DNA of 64,000 nt. Source: Eledone cirrhosa. Lineage: Eukaryota. The notes below the pieces were generated by a model. That model was not told where the DNA came from. It saw only the letters and a list, made by a program, of their open reading frames with translations, and did not search any database. Within the stretch, counting starts at the first letter, position 1. Each line of letters begins with the position of its first letter. A program made the translations under genes and the position numbers. Positions 1 to 9,753 of this stretch are shown here, one piece after another. The stretch covers positions 227,974,001 through 228,038,000 of the forward strand of contig OZ024743.1 in assembly GCA_964016885.1 (NCBI GenBank), read 5' to 3'.

Positions 1-1
1 A

Positions 2-142
2 TCTAAACATAGGAATGACCCAGCAGATAGGCAAATCAGAGAGGCCAGTGAAATAGAAATTAGAAGGCCAAAGCTAAACAGAAAGAATGAGTGGAACAAC
101 AACAACACCCAAACAAACAACACTGACCTAAGAGAAGTATAA
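2..142 (+). CDS. C-terminal end of a Penelope-like retroelement ORF (GIY-YIG endonuclease tail), truncated by the window edge
   Basis: Manual translation of frame 2: SKHRNDPADRQIREASEIEIRRPKLNRKNEW...REV*. R-x-I-x-E-A-x2-I...P-x-L-N matches the C-terminal GIY-YIG motif of PLEs. It is followed by a pLTR-like region with a hammerhead motif. Confidence 0.75.
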   Translation, partial: SKHRNDPADRQIREASEIEIRRPKLNRKNEWNNNNTQTNNTDLREV

Positions 143-651
143 ATAAATAAGTAAATTAAATTAAATAAAATAAGATAAATAAATACATACACAAGCACAT
201 AAACACACACTAGTCACCCAGCAGACACAACACTATACACACTAGTCACACATCACACACGCAAACGCATGCGCAAAGAAGACAAAATAAAATAAGATAA
301 ACAAACAAGCAAACAAATAAATAAATATATAGACGGACTGAACAAAAAAAATGGCGTAGACATACAACACAACAGGAGGAACAATGAATATAACACCACT
401 GACGATGTTGCAGATGTGCAACGAAAGATTTATGTAAACTATATATATATGTGTTTGTCTATATTGTATCTGTATTATTTTATTTTTGACCGCCGGTCAG
501 TCAATGGCAACATTGAGGACCGAGTAAGTTAGATCGCAGATATATATATATAAAAGACAGCGAGAAGCGAAAACCAACCAAACAGTGAGTGTGTTCTGTT
601 ATTAATTCTGGCAATATTACGCAAATATGACCCTCCCCAAATATAACAATA
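143..651 (+). mobile_element. PLE 3' UTR / pseudo-LTR (pLTR)
   Basis: Follows the GIY-YIG stop. Contains the HHR-like core (399-434), a GCAA-capped hairpin (494-522) and ATG followed by GTAAGT. Recurs at 3700-3962(-), 3977-4295(+), 6681-6927(-) and 6928-7011(+). Confidence 0.7.
394..436 (+). ncRNA. Minimal type-I hammerhead ribozyme motif (PLE type), copy 1
   Basis: CUGACGA(399-405)-U-GUUGCA-gaug-UGCAAC-GAAA(423-426)-GAUU-UA. The core boxes and a perfect 6-bp stem II are present; stem I is weak (about 2 bp). Confidence 0.6.
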
Positions 652-718
652 CATATATATATATATATATATATATAAATATATACATATATATGTAAAT
701 ATATACATATATATATAA

Positions 719-795
<77 letters not shown>

Positions 796-854
796 AATAT
801 ATACATATATATATATGTATATATATATATAAATATATACATATATATATATAT
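652..854. repeat. Compound (TA)n microsatellite
   Basis: TA/TAAA/TACA repeats visible directly. Confidence 0.95.
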
Positions 855-2475
855 GTGTCGACTTGGAGAAAGCCTTCGACAGAGTCCCCCGTTCCATTAT
901 CTGGTGGGCCCTTAGAAAACTAGGCGTTGACGAATGGCTTGTGAGAGCTATACAAGCCATGTATAAAGAAACAGTCAGCAAGGTCAGAATTAACAACGAA
1001 TATAGTGAAGAGTTTAGCGTAAAAGTTGGCGTCCATCAGGGCTCTGTTCTCAGCCCCCTACTATTTATTATTGCCCTTCAGGCTATAACAGAGGAGTTCA
1101 AGACCGGCTGCCCATGGGAACTCCTATACGCAGACGACCTAACACTCATAGCTGAATCAATGGCCGAGCTAGAGAAGAAATTCCAAACATGGAAGCACGG
1201 CCTAGAATCAAAAGGCCTTAAAATTAATCTGGCTAAGACCAAAGTTCTAGTTTGTAGGAAAGAAAATAAGGCGGCGGTCCCTTCCGGGAAGTGGCCATGC
1301 TCAGTGTATAGGAAAGGTGTAGGTAGAAACTCCATTTTGTGTCAGAAATTCAAAGTATGGGTGCATAAAAGATGTAGTGGGATCACAGGTAAGCTAACTA
1401 AGAACATAGATTTCACATGTGGCCGGTGCTCTGGTGCAATAAGTAGCAGCAAGTGCACACAAAATACTAGCTCTTTCAACTGCGCAGAGGGATCTATAGA
1501 AATAGTGGACAGCTTCCGTTACCTGGGTGACAAAATCAGCAGTGGGGGAGGGTGCTCTGAAAGTACAGTAGCTAGAGTCAGAACTGGATGGAAAAAGTTC
1601 AGAGAGCTTATACCACTATTAGCTGCTAAAGGGTTCTCCCTAAAAACGAAAGGCAGGTTGTATGATGCCTGCATACGAACTGCAATGTTGCATGGCACTG
1701 AGACCTGGGCATTGTGTGCAGAGGATATGTGCAGACTAGAGAGGAACGAAGCTTGCATGCTTCGCTAGATGTGTAATAGTAATATAGGTGAACGGCAAAG
1801 CATAAACGAACTAAAGAAAAAATTAGAAATAAGAGGGCTCGGATGTTGTTTGCTCGAGAGAAGGCTACGTTGGTATGGACACGTGATGCGCATGAAAGTC
1901 GATAGCTGTATAACAAAGTGCAGGGCAATAAAGATAGACGGTAGCCACGGAATAGGCAGACCTAGAAAAACCTGGGACGAGCTGATAAACTCCGACCTCA
2001 CACACTTACACCTCTCCAAGACAATGTCACTGGACCGAGACCTTTGGCGGTACTCAGTAATAGAGAAGACCCGCCTTACCTAAATACATAGTAAAACCTA
2101 CTACAGTCAGTAGGCATCTCTAGCAAAATACACCCCGTCCCACCACCCCCACCCCATCCACACCGCCCCCCTTCTATGTAAAGTTATGTTGGTGCCACAC
2201 CATCCAGGCCGAAACAAATGAGATCGTGTAGGTGTCACGACAAAAAAACACACAGTCCACGCTGTAATGTGGCCGTGTAGGCAACACGGTAAAAACCTCC
2301 CAGACCCACACTGTAAATGTGGTTGGTGTTAGGAAGGGCATCCAACTGTAGAAAACCTGCCAGACAGTCCTATGCAAGCAAGACAATCACTCTTGCCTCG
2401 AGTGGGAAAACCCCCGTCCAAACCCATGCAAGCGTGGAACATGGACGTTAAACGTTGATGATGATGATGATGATA
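855..2475 (+). mobile_element. 5'-truncated RTE-clade LINE, family A (RT fragment + ~390-nt 3' UTR + (GAT)n tail)
   Basis: ORFs 863-1768 and 1769-2083 are in one frame: [47 protein letters not shown]. The 3' end is GGACGTTAAACGTTGATGATG. Confidence 0.92.
863..2083 (+). pseudogene. Disabled RTE reverse transcriptase ORF
   Basis: In-frame TAG at 1766-1768 replaces the W of MLRW seen in the paralogous copy at 4711-5874. No endonuclease domain or true start is present. Confidence 0.88.
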
Positions 2476-3152
2476 TGTATATATAAATAAATACATATAT
2501 AAATATATACATATATGTATATGTATATATATATATAAATATATACATATATAAATATATACATATATGTATATGTATATATATATATAAATATATACAT
2601 ATATAAATATATACATATATGTATATGTATATATATATATAAATATATACATATATAAATATATACATATATGTATATGTATATATATATATAAATATAT
2701 ACATATTTAAATATATACATATATGTATATGTATATATATATATAAATATATACATATATAAATATATACATATATGTATATGTATATATATATATAAAT
2801 ATATACATATATGTATATGTATATATATATATAAATATATACATATATAAATATATACATATATAAATATATACATATATAAATATATACATATATAAAT
2901 ATATACATATATAAATATATACATATATAAATATATACATATAAATATATACATATAAATATATACATATAAATATATACATATAAATATATACATATAT
3001 AAATATATACATATAAATATATACATATAAATATATACATATAAATATATACATATAAATATATACATATAAATATATACATATAAATATATACATATAA
3101 ATATATACATATAAATATATACATATACATATATATATATACATATATATAC

Positions 3153-3184
<32 letters not shown>

Positions 3185-3220
3185 ATATATACATATACAT
3201 ATATATATATATACATATAC

Positions 3221-3289
<69 letters not shown>

Positions 3290-3332
3290 CATATATATAT
3301 ACATATATATATACATATATATACATATATAC

Positions 3333-3363
<31 letters not shown>

Positions 3364-3528
3364 TATATATATACATATATATACATATATATACATATAC
3401 ATATATATATACATATATATATACATATATATACATATATATATACATATATATACATATATATATACATATATATATACATATATATATACATATATAT
3501 ATACATATATATATACATATATATATAC

Positions 3529-3559
<31 letters not shown>

Positions 3560-3592
3560 CATATATATATACATATATGTATACATATATGT

Positions 3593-3663
<71 letters not shown>

Positions 3664-3699
3664 TGAATATATACATATATATGTAAATATATACATATA
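2476..3699. repeat. ~1.2-kb compound AT microsatellite/minisatellite (units such as ATAAATATATAC)
   Basis: Direct inspection; source of the YI-repeat ORFs. Confidence 0.95.
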
Positions 3700-3886
3700 T
3701 AATTGTTATACTTGGGGAGGGTCATATTGTTGTAATAATATTGCCAGAAATAATAACAGAACACACTCACTGTTTGGTTGGTTTTTGATTCTGTATCTTT
3801 TATATCAGTTAATTCATTCAGGTCCTCAATGTTTACCATTGACTGACCAATGGTCAAAAATACAGATATAAACACATATATAGTGT

Positions 3887-3929
3887 AACAAAGTTCTTTC
3901 GTTGCACACCTACAACATCGTCCGTGGTG
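3887..3929 (-). ncRNA. Degenerate hammerhead motif, copy 3 (core U4->G)
   Basis: Reverse complement reads CGGACGA-U-GUUGUA-ggug-UGCAAC-GAAA-GAAC-UU. Stem II is kept via a U-G wobble; the core is mutated. Confidence 0.5.
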
Positions 3930-4010
3930 CTATTATGTTCCTCCTGTTGTATTGTATATTTACCCCAAAGATGGCATAAATATACAATACAACAGGAGGA
4001 ACATGATAGC

Positions 4011-4052
4011 ATCACTGACGATGTTGCAGATGTGCAACGAAAGAACTTTGTT
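4011..4052 (+). ncRNA. Minimal hammerhead ribozyme motif, copy 2
   Basis: CUGACGA(4015-4021)-U-GUUGCA-gaug-UGCAAC-GAAA(4039-4042)-GAAC-UU. Confidence 0.55.
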
Positions 4053-4295
4053 ACACTATATATATATATGTGTTTATATCTATATTATATCTGTATTTTT
4101 TGCCTTTGGTCAGTCAATGGTAAACATTGAGGACCGAATGAATTAACTTATATAAAAGATACAGAAGCGAAAACCAACCAAACAGTGAGTGTGTCCTGTT
4201 ATTAATTCTGGCAATATTATTACAACAATATGACACTCCCCAAGTATAAAAATAGCTGTTTCGACACACGATTTCATATCAAAAACCTCGCAAAA

Positions 4296-4661
4296 TATAA
4301 ATATATAAATATATACATATATATATAAATATATACACATATATATATAAATATATACACATATATATATAAATATATACACATATATATATAAATATAT
4401 ACACATATATATATAAATATAAACACATATATATATAAATATAAACATATATATATATAAATATAAACATATACATATAAACATATACATATATATATAA
4501 ACATATACTTATATATATAAATATATATATATACATATATATATAAATATAAATATATACATATATATATAAATATAAACATATATATATAAATATAAAT
4601 ATATACATATATATATAAATATATACATATATATATATATATACATATATATATACTGTAT

Positions 4662-4692
<31 letters not shown>

Positions 4693-4695
4693 TAC
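4296..4695. repeat. Compound AT microsatellite
   Basis: Direct inspection. Confidence 0.95.
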
Positions 4696-6080
4696 ATCAT
4701 CATCATCATTTTACGTCCGCTTTTCCCTGCTTGCAAGGGTGGGACGGGTCTTATTCAGCACAGCATCTCTCCACTCGTCACGGTCCCTCGTCATCTCCAC
4801 CATGAGTTTCAATGATCTGAGGTCTGTTCTCACCACCTCCGCCCATGTTTTTCGTGGTCTACCTCTACCACGTCTTCCTTCAACTGGCATTTCCTGGCAC
4901 TTCTTCACCCATCGGTCATCCTCCATGCGCATCACATGTCCATACCACCTCAGTCTCCTCTCCCGTACACTACATTCTATCCCTCTCAGACACAGTCTCT
5001 CTCTCAACACATTTATGCTGGGTCGTTCACGCACATTTACTCTGCACATCCAACGGAGCATGCTTGCCTCATTTCTCTCCAGCCGTCGCATATCCTCTGC
5101 AGTTGCTGCCCATGTCTCACTACCATGCAGCATCGCGCTCCTCACACAGGCATCATAGAACCGGCCTTTCGTACGCAGGGAGAAACCCTTCTTCGTCAAC
5201 AGAGGAAGCAGCTCCCTAAACTTCTTCCAACCCGTACTTATTCTAGATACTATGGCCTCGGAACACCCTCCTCCCATGCTAATCTGATCTCCTAGGTACC
5301 GGAAGCTATCCACCACTTCTATAGCGCCCTCTTGCATTTGAAAAATGTGTCTATCAGTGCGACTTCTACTGTCTAATTTCCCTGTACATCTACTGCATAC
5401 ATATTTCTCCCTACCTGTTAGTTTGCCTGCTATCCCGCTACATCTCTTGTGTACCCAGGATCTGCATTGTGTGCATTTTATAGAATTTATGCCAATTCCT
5501 TTTCTGCATATCGAACATGGCCATTTCCCTGACGGAATCAGGGTTTTGTCCTCTTTTCTACTCATCAACACTTTTGTCTTAGCTAGATTCACTCTCAGTC
5601 CTCTTGCTTCCAACTGCTGTTTCCATAGCCAGAATTTATTCTCTAGCTCCTCTACTGATTCTGCTATAAGAACCAGATCATCAGCATAGAGAAGTTCCCA
5701 TGGACAGCCAGTCTTAAACTCCTCTGTTATGGCTTGGAGGACTATAATGAACAAGAGCCGGCTGAGGACCGAACCCTGATGTACTCCTACTTGTATCTGG
5801 AATTCCTCACTAAACTCCATTCCTACTCTGACTTTACTGAGAGTACCTCTGTACAAAGTTTGCACTGTCCTCACAAGCCATTCCTCAACACCTAGCTTCC
5901 TTAGGGACCACCAGGTACCCTATCAAAGGCCTTCTCTAGGTCAACAAAGGCTAAGCATAGTGGCTTATTCTTCTCTAAGAACCTCTCTTGCATTTGTCTC
6001 ACCAAGAAGAGGGCATCTGTTGTACTCTTCCCAGGCACAAAACCAAACTGCATCTCATCTAGTTTGACCCTTTCTCTAAT
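4696..6080 (-). mobile_element. 5'-truncated RTE-clade LINE, family B (ORF runs to the 3' tail)
   Basis: ORF 4711-5874 (GVHQGS, YADD, FRYLG, RLRWYGHVMRM, GRGRPRKTW) plus an upstream piece (QFGFVPGKSTTDA...[12 protein letters not shown], ~5915-6075) joined by a frameshift near 5900. The (ATG)n tail lies just after the stop. Confidence 0.92.
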
Positions 6081-6232
6081 ACATATAAATATAAATATAT
6101 ACATATATATATAAATATATACATATATATATACATATACATATATATATACTGTATATATACATATATATATATATAAATACATATATACATATATATA
6201 TATATACACACAAATATATACACACACACACA

Positions 6233-6645
6233 CATCATCATCGTTTAACGTCCATTTTCCACGCTAGCATGGGTCTAGACGGGAATTGTCCCACTTGAGG
6301 CAAGATTGGTTGTCTTGCTCAGGACTGCCTGGCGGGTTTTCTACGGCTGGGTGCCCTTCCTAACACCAACCACGTTTACAGTGTGGACTGGGAGGTTTTT
6401 ACCGTGTTACCTACACGGCCACATTGCAGCGTGGACTGTGTGTTTTATTGTCGTGACACCTACACGTCTGGCGGGTTTTCTACGGCTGGGTGCCCTTCCC
6501 AACACCAACCACGTGTACAGTGTGTACTGAGAGGTTTTTATCGTGTTACCTACACGGCCACATTACAGTGTGGACTGTGTGTTTTTTTGACACCTACACA
6601 ACCTCATTTGTTACGGACTGGATGTTGTGGTACCAACATAACTAT
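6233..6645 (-). mobile_element. 3' UTR/tail fragment of RTE family A (or derived SINE) with an internal ~140-bp duplication
   Basis: Reverse complement matches 2178-2470. The unit CTGGCGGGTTTTCTACGGCTGGGTGCCCTTCC... occurs at ~6329 and ~6468. Confidence 0.8.
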
Positions 6646-6680
6646 AGATATATATATATATAGATATATATATATATATA

Positions 6681-7011
6681 GCGGCGATGAATTAGTTTTG
6701 CGAGGTTTTTTATATGAAATCGTGTGTCGAAACAGATATTGTTATATTTGGGGAGGGTCATATTTGCGTAATATTGCCAGAATTAATAACAGAACACACT
6801 CACTGTTTGGTTGGTTTTCGCTTCTCGCTGTCTTTTATATATATATATCTGCGATCTAACTTACTCGGTCCTCAATGTTGCCATTGACTGACCGGCGGTC
6901 AAAAATAATACAGATACAATATAGACACGAAAACCAACCAAACAGTGAGTGTGTTCTGTTATTAATTCTGGCAATATTACGCAAATATGACCCTCCCCAA
7001 ATATAACAATA
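6681..7011. mobile_element. PLE pLTR fragments: minus copy (6681-6927) abutting a plus copy (6928-7011)
   Basis: 6737-6907 is the exact reverse complement of 481-651. 6928-7011 repeats 568-651 in direct orientation. Confidence 0.8.
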
Positions 7012-7232
7012 TATATATATATATATATTAATATACACATATATATATATATATATATACGCTCATATATATATATACATATATTAATATACACATATAT
7101 ATATATATAAATATACATACACACACACATATATAAATATATATATAGTACATCTTATAAGATAACCTATGTTTTGCACTCTTCAGACCAAGGCAGTATT
7201 GATGATGATAACAACAACAATAACAATAATAA

Positions 7233-7421
7233 TGGTTTCTACTTTTTGGCACAAGGCCAGCAATTAGCCAGTGCATTACTGGTACTTTATTTTATCGACT
7301 CCGTAAGGATGAAAGGCAAAGTTAACCTCGGCGAGATTTGAACTCAGAATGGCAAGGGCCGTTACTCTGTGCGTCAAAGCATGGCGTCCGACCCTCTACC
7401 GATACTGCCAATCCACCCTCC
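7233..7421 (-). mobile_element. tRNA-derived SINE with a Deu/Nin-domain-like core (family S1)
   Basis: A-box-like TGGCAGTATCGG, B-box GAGTTCAAATC, core GCCTTTCATCCTT-n-CGGGGTCGATAAA...GTACCAGT, 3' end GTAGAAAC plus a short ATT tail. More than 10 copies in the window. Confidence 0.85.
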
Positions 7422-7443
7422 TTAATAACAACAATAATAATAA

Positions 7444-7628
7444 TAATTGTTTCTACTTTTGGCACAAGACCAGCGATTGCCCTAGTGCATCACTGGTCCT
7501 TTATTTTATCGACCCCGTAAGGATGAAAGGCAAAGTTAACCTCGGTGGGATTTGAACTCAGTTTGTAAAGGGATGCAACTCTTTGCTGGAAAGCATGGTG
7601 CCAGACGCTCTACCGATACTGTCAATCA
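7444..7628 (-). mobile_element. SINE family S1
   Basis: Tandem copy next to 7233-7421 with the same motifs. Confidence 0.85.
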
Positions 7629-8699
7629 ATAATGATAATAATATTAATGGTACTAAAAACAACAATGACAAAATCAAAATTAAAAGACGAAGTAGAAAGA
7701 GAAGGAAAGGGGGATGAATATTCTTGGTATATACTACTACCATCAACACTAGTAGTAGCAGCAGCAGCAGCAGCAATGGTAATACTAGAAATAGGGATTT
7801 GTTTTTTGGCACCAGGCCTTTTTATAATGAGGCAAGTTATAGATAATTGAATCGATGTCAGTATATTACTGGTATTTATCTTATAATAATCCAACGACAC
7901 CAGTCCTTGGCATAAGGCATCACTTAGCTACTATAAATTTATGTCATTCTACCATATTTCTAAGCCAATGATAGACTATGGCATACTTTGACATGCTAGA
8001 ATTAACAGTTCCCTCAAATTACATACTACCATCTTGACAAATGAAAGAACACATTGCCTAATATAATCCATGGTAGACTATGCTGAATAAAAGAAAAAGT
8101 GATGATCTGGTTGCAAAAAATGCAACAAAAATTTTGGCCCCAAGAAATAAATTATAAACATATGTGAGTTTAACAATTTTTTGTGGAATTTCTGAATGGC
8201 TAAAATAACTGTTCCATGATGTAACATATAATATTTGGGTGGGTTTTTTTAAATGTTTAAAATGACTCTTCAAGGATATAATTGTTATTATTTATCTAAA
8301 TCTGTAATGAGTTTATTTTATTGTGTAAATTTGTTCTGAAGCATAGGTTTAGTTTCTTGAAAGAAAAATAATTTCCTCATAATCTTACTATGCATGAACA
8401 TGAACCAGGGACATCAAGACGGGGTGAACTTTCACACAAAGTAAGTCATACTTTACATACCTGACCACCAATGCTTACATCTCAATTCAAATGTGAGTTA
8501 GCAAAAGGTACTTACCTAAAAAGAAAGAAAAAAGAAAATATATTAAATATTTTAAAATTTCAATTTAATCACACAGCAATAATAACAATATTTTACTTAG
8601 AGATGGGTCTATGTCATGATATGACATAAGACCCAGACTATGTCTTGGTATCCTTACTGATGTTTATACCTTTTGCCAATATACTGAAGAACACACTCA

Positions 8700-8875
8700 C
8701 ATATACATGGCAGACTTCTGTATGGTTTTCTATGTAACAAATTATACTAACAAGATATTGGTCAATCCCATACTATAGTAGAACAAACTACCCCAAAATA
8801 TCATGCTGTGATGCAGTAGAATTGAGTCCAGCTCCACATGGTTATCAAGTATACCTCTTAACCACACAACCATAT
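8700..8875 (-). mobile_element. Degenerate tRNA-derived SINE (family S2)
   Basis: Reverse complement resembles the head ATGGTTGTGTGGTTAAG...AACCATGTGG seen at 29291, 34209 and 63390. Confidence 0.5.
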
Positions 8876-9613
8876 TTCCAATACTGGTTAAAAGGTGATA
8901 AAAAAAAAAAAAAAAGACACAGTGTATAAAGAAATCAAAACTTTTCGGTTAATCTCCAGTTTTCAGGAGAATTTAACAGCAGAAACAAACTGCCATCATA
9001 AACATAGGAATGAAAAAAAAAAAATGAATTACTACGAAAGTGTGAGGGAGAGAGATAGTTGGGGGTGGGAAACCTGGAGAACAAAGCATTATAAAACCAT
9101 CCATCAATTGAATGATTTATAACATTTTTGCCCAACTGAAAGGTCGCCTTCATAATATAGTAGCTCATGAATAAGGAGAGATAGTTCTTTATTTATCTCA
9201 CCCGCCATCTCTATCTCTCACTCTTTTTGTGTCTCTTCCTTACTAGATACAGACTGATATGTATGTATCACCCTCCTGCCGCAAGTTTGTAATTGTCTTT
9301 TACATAAAAAGAAAAAAATATAACTTAACATAAACGTAATACTAATAATAGTAATAACAGCAATATAAAATAATAGAAACAAACAAGAGAGGGCTGCAAC
9401 CATCATGAATATTTTCACACAATGCCTCCTCTCCTCATCAGAAAATACTTGTATCTATCGTAATCGACGGGACATCTAGTGAATTCTGACAACGACAACA
9501 GACGCTAAGCCAGACAGAATTGTGAAGCAGTTAGTTTATAAATATGGTATGACAACAACAACACCACTCAAGAACAAACAAAAATAATGCACACACATCT
9601 CTCTCTCTCTCTC

Positions 9614-9671
<58 letters not shown>

Positions 9672-9684
9672 CACATCCACACAA

Positions 9685-9753
<69 letters not shown>

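Larger units (their letters stand above)
3700..4295. mobile_element. Head-to-head inverted pair of PLE pLTR fragments (fold-back), each with an HHR motif
   Basis: 3700-3962 is the imperfect reverse complement of 3977-~4250, with a 14-nt spacer (3963-3976). Both arms are homologous to 350-651. Confidence 0.8.

Noticed and set aside
2387-3875. Long ORFs of 300-475 aa (and similar ones at 16827-17367, 36829-38173, 49768-50838)
   Set aside because: Y/I/C/M/V/H/T repeats from stop-poor AT microsatellites; not genes.
8604-8636. Small hairpin GGGTCT-ATGTCAT...ATGACAT-A-AGACCC
   Set aside because: Too short and isolated to assign a function.
9400-9445. Minus-strand CTGATGA...GAAA-ATAT-TC hammerhead-like pattern
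   Set aside because: Neither stem II nor stem I can pair.
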